The notes under the pieces are model-generated. The model was given only the letters and a program-made list of their open reading frames with translations. It had not been told where the DNA came from and searched no databases. A DNA stretch of 64,000 nt, from contig JAWLHB010000006.1 in assembly GCA_041690595.1 (NCBI GenBank), positions 62,001 to 126,000 on the forward strand. The letters are read 5' to 3'. Positions 30,843 to 40,411 of the stretch are shown in pieces; the first letter of the stretch is position 1; the number at the start of each line of letters is the position of its first letter. A program made the translations under genes and the position numbers. The stretch comes from Lentisphaeria bacterium (GTDB lineage Bacteria; Verrucomicrobiota; Lentisphaeria; JABSQK01; JAWLHB01).

Positions 30843-31868
30843 CTATGGGACTTTTACCAGCAGCGTCTGTTCCAGCAGGAAGGCCAGTCCCAGGAGAATC
30901 AGGCCGGCCAGCACCCAGGGTACGAACAGTTCCATGTAATCGATGTAACGCGTCAGCTCGATCGAACTCTTCTCCAGCGCATCGATGGCAGCCATCGCCT
31001 CCCGAAAGCCGTCGGCATCGCGGGCTTCGAAGAAGGTGCCTTTCGTTCGCTCGGCAATGTCGCGCAGCGTGGCCTCATCGTACGAACCGGGTTGCTGCAC
31101 CCACTGGCGCCCGCCGAAGGGCGTCTGCACCAGCGCATAGGCGTTGTTGCTGCCGATGCCTACGGTATGACAGATAATATCGAAATCGGCGGCGATATCG
31201 GCGGCCTGCAACGGCGTGATCTTCTCGGGGACGGTATTCTGGCCATCCGTGAAGAGGACCGCGACGCGACGCTTGGCCTCGGAATCCTTGAGGCGCATCA
31301 CGGCGCTGGCAATCGGCGCCGCAATGTTCGTCCCGGAATCGTCGATCAAGCCGATCTCCAGACGCGCGACCTGCTGGACCACCACGTCGTGATCGAGGGT
31401 CGGCGGGCACATGGTGTAGGTCCGGCCGGAAAAAGCGACGAGACCGATGCGATCGGAGGGCCGCTTCTCGATGAAGGTGGTGACTTCACGCTTCGCTATC
31501 TCCAGCCGCTGCTGCTTCAGATCGGGCTGCGCGCCGGGCGTGATGTCCACGGCCTGCATGCTGCCCGAGATATCGATGGCCAGCAGAATGTCGACCCCCT
31601 CCGTGATGTCGTGCATCTCCTCGATGCCGTACTGCGGCCGGCTCATGGCGACGACAAAGCAGAGGAGAGCCAGCGTCTCGATGAGCAGGGGCAGACGCAG
31701 GAGCCATCCGCCGCCGCGGGCCTCTCTTGCTTCCTGCAGGGGACGCAGTGTCGGCAGCAGGACGGTCGGCACTCGTCGCCGCCAGCCGATCACCAGCGCC
31801 ACGAGGATCACCGGCACGAGGATCAGGTACTCCGGATTGGCCATATGAAACTGCTCCAGCCAGCTCAT
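30843..31868 (-). CDS. batA: BatA-like VWA domain protein
   Basis: SRPQ, DISGSM MIDAS, DRIGLVAF, PPTLDH, LFTDGQN and DEATLRDIAERTKG. Confidence 0.92.
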   Translation of the reverse strand: MSWLEQFHMANPEYLILVPVILVALVIGWRRRVPTVLLPTLRPLQEAREARGGGWLLRLPLLIETLALLCFVVAMSRPQYGIEEMHDITEGVDILLAIDISGSMQAVDITPGAQPDLKQQRLEIAKREVTTFIEKRPSDRIGLVAFSGRTYTMCPPTLDHDVVVQQVARLEIGLIDDSGTNIAAPIASAVMRLKDSEAKRRVAVLFTDGQNTVPEKITPLQAADIAADFDIICHTVGIGSNNAYALVQTPFGGRQWVQQPGSYDEATLRDIAERTKGTFFEARDADGFREAMAAIDALEKSSIELTRYIDYMELFVPWVLAGLILLGLAFLLEQTLLVKVP

Positions 31869-32851
31869 GCCGCCTCCTTCCTGCCGCGCGCTTCGGCTTC
31901 TGCCAGCAGGCGCTCCGAGGAATCGGCCACCAACTGCCTGGCCTGCGCCAGAATCTCGCGCATCCGCGTCTCTTCCATCCGCCCGCGGGCAAACTTGACG
32001 CTGTCCGCCGCCATGAGCATGCTCTTCAGCATCGCCTTCTCCGTCATCGTCAGCCGCTCGCCATGCGCCTCGATCTCACGCAGAAACTCCGGCGTCGTCT
32101 GTTCGGTGGCGCGATAGCCGTAAGCGGCTTCCAGGTAGCGGCGAACGCAATCGGTCACCCCCACGATAAAGGGATCGGGCGCCATCGGCAACCGCGCCTC
32201 GAGGTCGTCCAGCTCCCTCTTCGCCACCGTCCACGGCGGAACGATCGCGCGTCGGTTCAATCGTCGGCGCAGATACCAGAGGCACCATCCGGTCAGAATG
32301 GCGGCAACCAGTGCGCCGGCAACAATCGTCCCCCGAAACAACCAGTCGGCACCCGAGGCGACAGGCAGCCAGGCGGCATCGACGGGCGGCGCAAGCTCCG
32401 GTGCGGCATCGGGTGGCTCGGCTTCGAGGCGCGGCACGATCTCCAGGCTCGGCAACTCGGCGACGAGCGTGGCATGCGCGCCGCGCAGGGGCACCTGCAC
32501 CTGCATCTCCGCGAAAGAACCCAAGGCAAAAGGTTGAAGTACGAAAGTCACCTCGCGGGTGATGGCCCCGATGCCAAATCCGGAAGTGGAGATCTCCGGA
32601 TCGCCTATAACGCCCAGCTCTTCCGGCACATCGAGCCGAGGGGTACCGCGCAGGCGATCCCGCCAGTGCAGGCGCACCTCGACCCGCACCACAACCGGCT
32701 CGCCGATGTGCCCCTGGGTCGGCGCCATTCGGACTTCCGTTATCGCCGGGAGAACGCTGCGCCGCCATCCATGAATGCCAAGCGCACCCAGCACCAGCAC
32801 CAGGACCAGACCCGATACCGTCATCATGGTTGAGATTGAGAATCGATTCAT
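31865..32851 (-). CDS. Conserved Bat-operon membrane protein
   Basis: N-terminal anchor, Ig-like region, TM, then RRYLE...ATEQTTPEFL...ADSVKFA motifs. Located between DUF58 and batA. Confidence 0.75.
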   Translation of the reverse strand: MNRFSISTMMTVSGLVLVLVLGALGIHGWRRSVLPAITEVRMAPTQGHIGEPVVVRVEVRLHWRDRLRGTPRLDVPEELGVIGDPEISTSGFGIGAITREVTFVLQPFALGSFAEMQVQVPLRGAHATLVAELPSLEIVPRLEAEPPDAAPELAPPVDAAWLPVASGADWLFRGTIVAGALVAAILTGWCLWYLRRRLNRRAIVPPWTVAKRELDDLEARLPMAPDPFIVGVTDCVRRYLEAAYGYRATEQTTPEFLREIEAHGERLTMTEKAMLKSMLMAADSVKFARGRMEETRMREILAQARQLVADSSERLLAEAEARGRKEAA

Positions 32852-32867
32852 ATCTGGTGAAATCCCT

Positions 32868-33752
32868 TCAATGGAGTCGACGCTGCTGGCGCTGGCGGAA
32901 GAAGCGCATGATCGGCGCTACGTAGTCCTCATCGTTGCGGATGTCGATCAGATCGACGCCGGCGCGCAGGCAGCTGCGTTCGGTCGCTGCCCGCATGTCG
33001 CGCATCTGCGTGGCATAGGCTTCCCGGGCACCCCGCCGAAACGACGGAAAGATCATCGCCTTCCCCGACTCGGCATCCTCCACGCTCAGCAGCCCTCTGG
33101 TGACAGGTATCGCCAGCTCGCAGGGATCGTGCACCCGAAGAGCCACCACATCGTGATAGCGGTTCGCACTGCGCAACGCCGTCTGAAAATCCGAGTCCAT
33201 GAAATCGCTGAGCACAAAGACCACCGCCCGCCGCTTGACCACGCGCATCATGGTCTGCAGCGCATGAGCGATGTTGGTACCGCGGGAGCGGCGCTCGCAG
33301 GCGAGCAGGTCGCGCACGAGGCGCAGCACGTGTCGGCGTCCCTTGCGGGGCGGGAGGTAAAGCTCCTCCTGGTCGCTGAACATCAGCAGCCCCACCTGAT
33401 CCTGGTTACGGACCGCGCTGAAGGCCAGCACCGCCGCCAGCTCCGCAAAGTGCTCGTTCTTCGCCCGACCGCGACTGCCAAAATCGCCGGAAGCCGAAAT
33501 ATCGACCAGCAGGAAGACAGTCAACTCGCGCTCTTCCACAAACTTCTTGATGTACGGGAGCCCCATGCGGGCGGTGACGTTCCAGTCGATCGCCCGAACA
33601 TCGTCGCCGGCAAGATACTCACGGACTTCGTTGAACTCGATGCCCTTGCCCTTGAAGACGCTATGGTAGGCCCCGCCTGTCAGCTCGTCGACGATGCGAC
33701 GGGTGCGGATCTCGATCTTGCGGACTTTCGCCAGCAGTTCACGTGTCAACAT
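32868..33752 (-). CDS. DUF58 protein (MoxR-associated VWA-like)
   Basis: GAYHSVFKGKGIEFNEVREYLAGDDVRAIDWNVTAR and FVEERE. Confidence 0.95.
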   Translation of the reverse strand: MLTRELLAKVRKIEIRTRRIVDELTGGAYHSVFKGKGIEFNEVREYLAGDDVRAIDWNVTARMGLPYIKKFVEERELTVFLLVDISASGDFGSRGRAKNEHFAELAAVLAFSAVRNQDQVGLLMFSDQEELYLPPRKGRRHVLRLVRDLLACERRSRGTNIAHALQTMMRVVKRRAVVFVLSDFMDSDFQTALRSANRYHDVVALRVHDPCELAIPVTRGLLSVEDAESGKAMIFPSFRRGAREAYATQMRDMRAATERSCLRAGVDLIDIRNDEDYVAPIMRFFRQRQQRRLH

Positions 33753-33768
33753 CGGCAGTGGAATCGCT

Positions 33769-34791
33769 TTACGGTGTGCGCAGTTGGTCGAGGAGCATGC
33801 GGATCAAATCGCTGCTGGTCAGGTTCTCCGCTTCGGCCTCATAGCTGGGAATGATACGATGGCGCATCACGTCGGGAGCGATATCCTTGACATCCTGCGG
33901 CAGCACGTGGGAACGTCCCCGCAGAAAAGCCAGCGCCTTGGCCGCCACGGCAAGACTGAGCGTCGCACGCGGTGAAGCCCCATTCTGAATAAGGTCGGCC
34001 ATATGCTTGATATCCGCGCCGGACTGCCGCGCCGAGAGCTGATCCCAGTGCCGCACGCGGGTCGCGAAGACAATGTCGAGAATGTACTGGGCGATCTTGG
34101 GATCGAGATAAATCTTGTCCACCCATTCACGAGCGGCGACAATCTCCTCCAGCGTTGCCACGCGGGCGGCATGATTTTTCACCACCGGATGCCCCATGCG
34201 CTCGAGGATCAGGGCCTCCTCGTCACGCGAGGGATAGCCAAGCTCCACCTTCAGCATAAAACGATCGACCTGGGCTTCAGGGAGCGGATAGGTCCCCTCC
34301 TGCTCCAGCGGATTCTGCGTCGCCATCACCAGGAAAAGCTCCGGCAGCGCGTGGGTCTGGCCGCCGATGGTCACCTGCCGTTCCTGCATCGACTCCAGCA
34401 GGGCACTCTGCACCTTTGCCGGGGCGCGGTTGATCTCATCCGCCAGCAGCAGGTTGGCAAAAACCGGTCCCTTCTTGACCGAAAAAGTGTGTTCGCGCGG
34501 ATCGTAAATCTGGGTTCCGACCACGTCCGCGGGCAGCAGGTCGGGCGTGAACTGAATGCGGGAAAAGCTCGCGCCGATACTCTGCGACAGAATGCTGATC
34601 GTCAACGTCTTGGCCAGACCGGGAACACCTTCCACCAGAATGTGGCCATTCGCCACCAGCCCGATCAGCAAACGATCCACCAGCCGTTCCTGGCCGACAA
34701 TGAAGCGCCCCACTTCCTCCTTGAGCGTCCGAACGAAGGCCGAACTCTCCTCAACCTTCTTCTGCAGTAGCTCCAGATCTTCAGGATTCAT
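33769..34791 (-). CDS. moxR: MoxR family AAA+ ATPase
   Basis: EGVPGLAKT, RIQFTPDLLPAD, DEINRAPAKVQSALLE and ATQNPLEQEGTYPLPEAQVDRF. Confidence 0.97.
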   Translation of the reverse strand: MNPEDLELLQKKVEESSAFVRTLKEEVGRFIVGQERLVDRLLIGLVANGHILVEGVPGLAKTLTISILSQSIGASFSRIQFTPDLLPADVVGTQIYDPREHTFSVKKGPVFANLLLADEINRAPAKVQSALLESMQERQVTIGGQTHALPELFLVMATQNPLEQEGTYPLPEAQVDRFMLKVELGYPSRDEEALILERMGHPVVKNHAARVATLEEIVAAREWVDKIYLDPKIAQYILDIVFATRVRHWDQLSARQSGADIKHMADLIQNGASPRATLSLAVAAKALAFLRGRSHVLPQDVKDIAPDVMRHRIIPSYEAEAENLTSSDLIRMLLDQLRTP

Positions 34792-34947
34792 GCGTCCTCC
34801 TCTGAAATATCGCCATTGGATTGCCACCTTCGGCGTAAAGTTCCACTCTCACCACCACGGGCAAGCCCATACCATACCAGCTTTTCGCCCATCCGCCAGT
34901 GCAACACACGCCCCGCGCAGCGAACGTCCTCTTCGTCCTTTCAGCAA

Positions 34948-36396
34948 TCAATCGCCATTGGTCTCGGGCCGCATGGTCAGCGCGCCGGTTGGGCAGATGG
35001 CGATGCAGGCGAGCGCCGTGGCGAGGCTGGCGCGGGCATTGCTACCACCGACAGTCGTGCGCATGCCGCGCCCCTGGATGCCGAGGTCGAGCGGTTCGCC
35101 GGCTTCCTGGGCCACCCGTACACATTGCCCGCACAGGATGCACTTGCCGGGCAGAAAGTACATGTGAGGCAGCGTGGTGCGGCGCTCATAGCGCGCATCG
35201 CTACTCCGCGGATGGCGCTGGCGAGCCTCATAGCGCGCCGACAGCACCCGCAACTGGCAGCTGGCCGCGACAGTGCAGTCACATTGCCCGCAGCGGCTGG
35301 CTTCGGCGCATGCCTGGGAAGCCGAAAGCGGCGCCTCGACCGAGGTGCTGGCCGGATTGCACCCTTTGATGAACTCCAGCATCTCTCCATCGTCGAGTCG
35401 CCGCAGCATGGACCGGAAAGCGACATCATGGGCACTCTGATCATGGGCCAACGAGCGGTGGACGATCATGGCGGCATCCAGACCGGCGGCAACCTGCTGC
35501 ACCAGCTTCCCGGCGGCACGTACCCGGACGATGGATTCCACCTCCGGTATGTCGTCCCGATCACCATCCGCGACGATGGTCATCGGTTGCGTGATCTCCT
35601 GCCACGAGAGGTCATGACCGACCGCCACGCCAAGCCGAACCTCCAGCCCCATGGCGACGACCCGCGCCAGCTCGGCAGCCAGGATGGCATGGGGCAGTTC
35701 CGCCTCGCCATACTGTACGCGCAGCGACTCGCCCAAGGCTTCAGCGGCGTCGTACAGGATGCAGCCATAGCCAAGCTGGAGCAGGCGCCAGGCGGCGGCC
35801 AGCCCGGCAGCACCAGAGCCAACCACCGCGATCGTCTCGTCAAAGCGTCGTTCAGACGGCGATGCCGCAACATCACGTTCAGCGGCAAAGTGTTCGATCG
35901 ACCGAATAGCCACCGGGTCATCGAGCGCGCCACGACGGCAGACTTTTTCGCACGGGGCATGGCAGACGCGGCCCAGGACCCCGGCCAGCGGCAGCTGAGC
36001 GCGCACCAGGGCTGCCGCTTCGTCCCAGCGCCGAGCGGCGCCGTGGCTCATCAACAGGGGGATATCGAGGCCGGCGGGGCAGGCGCGGCGGCACATGGCC
36101 ACGCATTCGCCGAGATGGTCACCAAGGAGATACTCGAGGGCTTTCCGGCGCATGGCGGCGACCTCATCGGTGTCGCTTTCCAGCGCCATGCCAGACTCGG
36201 CGCGAGCCGTGCAGGCGGGAAGGTAGCGTGGCGCGCCGGCAACCTTCACGGCGCAGACCATGCACGAACCGGAGGCGGCGCAGCCATCGATCCAGCAGAG
36301 CGTCGGGATGGAAATCCCCGCGCGGCTCGCGGCGCTGAGAATGGTCTCGCCGGCGGCGATCTCGATCGGGCGTCCATCGATGGTGAGGTTGGCCAT
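34948..36396 (-). CDS. Fe-S flavoprotein: NuoG/HydA N-terminal [2Fe-2S] + GltD-like Fe-S/FAD part + C-terminal ferredoxin (shortened StnC/SfrB-like)
   Basis: PTLC..GSCMVC..PAC, DHLGECVAMCRRACP, GRVCHAPCEKVCRR, VVGSGAAGLAAA, EASRCGQCDC..CQLR, KCILCGQC and CIAICPTGAL. Confidence 0.85.
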   Translation of the reverse strand: MANLTIDGRPIEIAAGETILSAASRAGISIPTLCWIDGCAASGSCMVCAVKVAGAPRYLPACTARAESGMALESDTDEVAAMRRKALEYLLGDHLGECVAMCRRACPAGLDIPLLMSHGAARRWDEAAALVRAQLPLAGVLGRVCHAPCEKVCRRGALDDPVAIRSIEHFAAERDVAASPSERRFDETIAVVGSGAAGLAAAWRLLQLGYGCILYDAAEALGESLRVQYGEAELPHAILAAELARVVAMGLEVRLGVAVGHDLSWQEITQPMTIVADGDRDDIPEVESIVRVRAAGKLVQQVAAGLDAAMIVHRSLAHDQSAHDVAFRSMLRRLDDGEMLEFIKGCNPASTSVEAPLSASQACAEASRCGQCDCTVAASCQLRVLSARYEARQRHPRSSDARYERRTTLPHMYFLPGKCILCGQCVRVAQEAGEPLDLGIQGRGMRTTVGGSNARASLATALACIAICPTGALTMRPETNGD

Positions 36397-38720
36397 CAGT
36401 GTACCTCCACGGCATCTTCGGGGCAGACCTGGCGACAGATGCCGCACCGGGTGCAGGCCTCCTGGTCGATCCGGTGAAGCTGATAGGGGGTCATGGCGAT
36501 GGCGTTGTCCGGACAATGCTGAGCACAGAGAGTGCAGCCAATGCAGCGATCATTGATGTGCAACGAGATCAGGGATCGGCAGACACCCGCTGGACAATGC
36601 CCCTGCAGGTGCGCGTCGTACTCGGCACGGAAGTGGCGCAGGGCGGTCGTGACTGGATTGGGGGCGGTCCGCCCCAAGCCGCAGAGGCTGCCGGCGCTCA
36701 CATCGGCGGCCATCTCCTCCAGGAGTTCCAGATCCCCCGGCTCTCCCCGCCCCTGGCACAGACCGTCGAGAATGTCCAGCATCCTCGCGGTGCCGACTCG
36801 GCAGAAGGTGCACTTGCCGCACGATTCCTGCTGGCAGAAGTCGAGGAAATAGCGGGCGATGCTGACCATGCAGTCGTCTTCGTCGAGCACGACCAAGCCG
36901 CCGGAGCCCATGATCGCGCCGATTCCGGTCAGAGACTCGTAGTCGATGGTGGCATCCGCCATGGATGCCGGCACGCAGCCGCCGGACGGGCCGCCAATCA
37001 GGACCGCCTTCAGGCGCTTGCCGTTGGGTACGCCGCCGCCGATCTCCTCGACAATCTGCCGAATCGTCACGCCCATGGGTACCTCGATCAGCCCCCCGCG
37101 CGCCACCTTTCCGGCAAGGGCGAAGACCTTGGTGCCGGTGCTTTGCGGAGTGCCCAGTCTGGCAAAGGCCGCCCCACCCTCCCGCAGAATCCACGGCACC
37201 ATGACGAAGGTTTCGACGTTGCTGATCAGCGTCGGAATCTCGTGCAAGCCGGCTTCGGCGGGATAGGGAGGGCGGAGGGTGGGAATGCCGCGCCGACCTT
37301 CCATCGAGGCAATCAGCGCGGTCTCTTCTCCACAGACAAAGGCGCCCGCGCCCTCGAAGACGCGGAGCTTCAGTCCCTCCCCGCCAAGCAACCCCACTTG
37401 TTCGCACCGGCGAATCGCTTCGCGCATGCGCTCGACCGCGAAAGGATACTCCGCTCGCACATAGACAAAGGCTTCGTTCGCTCCGACTGCCCGCGCCGCA
37501 ATGGCCATGCCCTCGATCACCCGGTACGGAAAGGATTCCATCAGCATCCGGTCCATGAAAGCCCCGGGATCCCCCTCGTCGCCATTGCAGACCACATAGC
37601 GCAGCCCCCCCGGCTGGGAACGCACCATCTCCCACTTGCGCGCGGTAGCAAAACCCGCCCCACCCCGACCGCGCAAGCCGCTCGCCCGAATCTCTTCGAT
37701 GATCGCCTCCGGCGTCAACTCGCCGCGGCACCGTTCGAGTGCCAGAAAGCCGCCGGCGCCCCGATAAGCCGCGAGGTCGAGCGGATCGCTGGCGCCGAAA
37801 TGCTCTGTCGCCACGTGCACCTGTGGGCCGAAGAAAGCGGCGACACCGGGCGCTTCGTCGGGCGAAGCATAGCGCTCGACCGGCTCACGTTCCTCCCAGC
37901 TCAGCAGGGTATCCAGCGCATCGGTCACTCCATTGCGCAGCCGATGGAGCAATCCAGCCGTCGGCAGGTGTTGCCGCAGGACACGGCCGATGTCCTCGTC
38001 GGGCAGCCCGGAGTAACGCACCGGCGCGCTCCCGGCGGGCGCCACTTCAAGCATTGGCGCGCGTTCGCACATCACGACGCAGGAGACGCGGCGCACACGC
38101 GCCAGGATGCCATTGTCGGTGATTGCCTTTTCGAGTGACTGCAGCGACTTGCCACAGCCTCGGGCGATGCAGCAGGAATCCATGCAGATACGGACTTCTC
38201 CGAGGTTGCCACGCGCTTCGGCCAGCTCCCAGGAGCCGCGATGCCCCTTGGCCTGCTGGTTGAAGTCGTCGATCATGCCGCCGATCGTGTCCGGTGCGAG
38301 GTGGCCATAGGTCAGGTCGTCGATCTGTACGGCGGGGGCGAGCGTGCAGCAGCCCAGACAGAAGACCTTCTGGACCGTAAAGCGGCCGCTCTCGTCCGTG
38401 TCCGCACCGGCGGCAATCCCAAGATGATGGCGGATGGCGTCGTAGACCGGGATCGAACCTTTGACGTGGCAGGCCGTTCCGTCGCAGACCTTGATGAGAT
38501 GTTTCCCCATCGGTTCAAAGCGGAAGATAGCGTAGAAGGAAGCGACACCGCGTATCTCGGCCTCGCCGATGCCGGTCAGGCGGCTGAGTCGATCCAAGGC
38601 GGCGGGGGGCAGATAATGCAGGTGCCGCTGAATGGTGAGCAGCAGCGGCAGCAATTGCGCGCGACCGGCGCCATGCAGGGAGACCGCCCGATCCACGAGG
38701 GAGATGTCGACGGCGCTCAT
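36396..38720 (-). CDS. NuoE-NuoF (HydC-HydB/BfuC-BfuB) fusion: FMN/NAD(H)-binding multi-Fe-S subunit
   Basis: CDGTACHVKG/CLGCC, a second thioredoxin-like 2Fe-2S (CMDSCC/CVVMC), SGLRGRGGAGF, NGDEGDPGAFMDR, GAFVCGEETAL, ESCGKCTFCR/SLCGLG, HLQGHCPAGVC and a C-terminal 2x[4Fe-4S]. Confidence 0.93.
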   Translation of the reverse strand: MSAVDISLVDRAVSLHGAGRAQLLPLLLTIQRHLHYLPPAALDRLSRLTGIGEAEIRGVASFYAIFRFEPMGKHLIKVCDGTACHVKGSIPVYDAIRHHLGIAAGADTDESGRFTVQKVFCLGCCTLAPAVQIDDLTYGHLAPDTIGGMIDDFNQQAKGHRGSWELAEARGNLGEVRICMDSCCIARGCGKSLQSLEKAITDNGILARVRRVSCVVMCERAPMLEVAPAGSAPVRYSGLPDEDIGRVLRQHLPTAGLLHRLRNGVTDALDTLLSWEEREPVERYASPDEAPGVAAFFGPQVHVATEHFGASDPLDLAAYRGAGGFLALERCRGELTPEAIIEEIRASGLRGRGGAGFATARKWEMVRSQPGGLRYVVCNGDEGDPGAFMDRMLMESFPYRVIEGMAIAARAVGANEAFVYVRAEYPFAVERMREAIRRCEQVGLLGGEGLKLRVFEGAGAFVCGEETALIASMEGRRGIPTLRPPYPAEAGLHEIPTLISNVETFVMVPWILREGGAAFARLGTPQSTGTKVFALAGKVARGGLIEVPMGVTIRQIVEEIGGGVPNGKRLKAVLIGGPSGGCVPASMADATIDYESLTGIGAIMGSGGLVVLDEDDCMVSIARYFLDFCQQESCGKCTFCRVGTARMLDILDGLCQGRGEPGDLELLEEMAADVSAGSLCGLGRTAPNPVTTALRHFRAEYDAHLQGHCPAGVCRSLISLHINDRCIGCTLCAQHCPDNAIAMTPYQLHRIDQEACTRCGICRQVCPEDAVEVH

Positions 38721-40411
38721 GGTGCCTCCTCCCTGAAGCAAAAGAGATGGTCGCTCCCCCGCACCAGGATGTTGCCTCCAGCCACCGCGATCGACGCATT
38801 GAGCGCCTCGCCCATGGGATTGCGGGCAAGCTCTTCGTAACCGTCTTTCATGGTGAAGACGACGAGATCGCCATCCTTCAGCGGCAGGTAGATGGCGTCG
38901 CCGACCATGGTGGGTGAAGCCCACGCGTCCCCCTCGAGATCATGCTCCCAGAGCAGCTCCCCATCGGCGGCATTCAGACAGGTCAGCATCCCGGCCATGC
39001 AGAGGAGCAGCCGTTCACCATCGCAGAGAGGACTGACGATGTCCGGCAATCCCAGGTCGTTCTTCCAGAGGATGTGGCTCTCCGTGAGATCCCCCTCGCC
39101 ATCTGGCCGGATGGCTGCCGCGTAGGCAAAGGCGGAAGCAACATAGACTAAGTCATTGGCAAAGACAGGGGCCGTGACGACCTCCCCATAGAAGAGGTTG
39201 ACCTTCCAGATCTCCGCCCCGTCCGTCGGATTGTTGGCGACGATCCACGGGCTGCCGGTGGAGACGATCTGGGGAGCACCCCCGCTCTCGATGATGATCG
39301 GCGTCGACCAGGTGTTCGGGGCCTCGCGGGGCGTCTTCCAGCGCACCTTGCCGCTCCCGGCGTCGAGCGCGTAGAGAAAGGAGGAACCGTCACCGTCCAT
39401 CCCCTGGTCGAACTGGACGATGACGAGGTCGTCCCAGAGGATCGGCGAGGCGGCGTGCCCATAGATGTTCACCGGCACGCCGAGGTTGGTTGCCCAGAGA
39501 GGCGCGCCCTGAAAAGAAAAGGCGGCGATATCGCCATTGGCGAACATGGCGACGACCCGCTTGCCGTCAGTCGCCGGCGTGGGGGCGGCATAGCCGGTGT
39601 CGGCGAGGACATTCTCCGGCATGGCGCGGGCGCCACCGATGACATTGGCCTGCCAGAGCAGCTTTCCATCCTCCAGGCTATAGGAATAGAGCTGGCGGGT
39701 GGAGCTGTTGGCACCGGTGACGAAGATCTGGTTGCCCCAGACGATCGGCGAACTCTGGCCGGTAAGAGGGATCTCGACTCGCCAAGCCAGCTTCTCGCCG
39801 GTACCCGGGTCGAAGCGTATGGGCGTGGATTGTCCGGTCGCGATGGCCAGGCCGCCCGGGCCGCGGAAGCGGGGCCACCGCAGCTCGACAGGCACCTCCA
39901 CGACAGGCGCATCGCCGGGCGGCGTGACGGCCAAGGCCGGGATGGTCAGATCAGGCCGTCTCGCCACACCGAAAGCGGCACCGAGCAGCATAGCGCCCAC
40001 GGCGGCAACTGCCCAGCGAGACTGGGAAGCCCGGCGAGCGACATCCGGTAGGGCATGCGCCGGCGGCAATGGCGTCGAAGCGCCCAGGCCGGCGGCCAGG
40101 CTGAGGCTGGCAATGATGACGACAGCTCCGGCCAGAAGGAGCCATGCCCCCTGCCTGGTGCGACGCTGGCGAGCGAAGTAGTCAACCCGCAGCTCGTGGT
40201 CGAGCTGCCGTATGCTCTCCTTCACCGCCTCGTCTTTCGGCGAATCAAGCAAGCTCTGGCGGAGGACGGCAAGCGCTTCCGCGTCGACCAGGCGAGTGGT
40301 GCGACCGCGGAAATTGTCCAGCACCAGAAAGGCGCCGACGATGACGCAGAAGATGATGGCGGCTCCGGCGGTGAGGCGCAGCGAGCGAATCCACTGGGGG
40401 CGCCCTTTCAT
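38717..40411 (-). CDS. Membrane-anchored PQQ-like (BamB-type) beta-propeller protein
   Basis: Three N-terminal TM helices, WPRFRGP, and repeated SSPIVWG/GKLLW/WSTP/ASPT blade motifs. Confidence 0.85.
   Translation of the reverse strand: MKGRPQWIRSLRLTAGAAIIFCVIVGAFLVLDNFRGRTTRLVDAEALAVLRQSLLDSPKDEAVKESIRQLDHELRVDYFARQRRTRQGAWLLLAGAVVIIASLSLAAGLGASTPLPPAHALPDVARRASQSRWAVAAVGAMLLGAAFGVARRPDLTIPALAVTPPGDAPVVEVPVELRWPRFRGPGGLAIATGQSTPIRFDPGTGEKLAWRVEIPLTGQSSPIVWGNQIFVTGANSSTRQLYSYSLEDGKLLWQANVIGGARAMPENVLADTGYAAPTPATDGKRVVAMFANGDIAAFSFQGAPLWATNLGVPVNIYGHAASPILWDDLVIVQFDQGMDGDGSSFLYALDAGSGKVRWKTPREAPNTWSTPIIIESGGAPQIVSTGSPWIVANNPTDGAEIWKVNLFYGEVVTAPVFANDLVYVASAFAYAAAIRPDGEGDLTESHILWKNDLGLPDIVSPLCDGERLLLCMAGMLTCLNAADGELLWEHDLEGDAWASPTMVGDAIYLPLKDGDLVVFTMKDGYEELARNPMGEALNASIAVAGGNILVRGSDHLFCFREEAP

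Noticed and set aside
29727..32117. 796-aa plus-strand ORF
   Set aside because: It lies antisense to the well-supported VWA genes and has no domain signal.
34948..38720. Calling these genes complex I nuoEFG, [FeFe]-hydrogenase or formate dehydrogenase
   Set aside because: No other nuo genes are present, there are no H-cluster motifs (TSCCP, MPC, MACPGGC), and there is no molybdopterin-binding domain.
38721..38924. N-terminal extension of the NuoE-F fusion given in the ORF track
   Set aside because: It overlaps the propeller gene. The ATG at 38720 has a GGAGGAGG RBS and an ATGA overlap.
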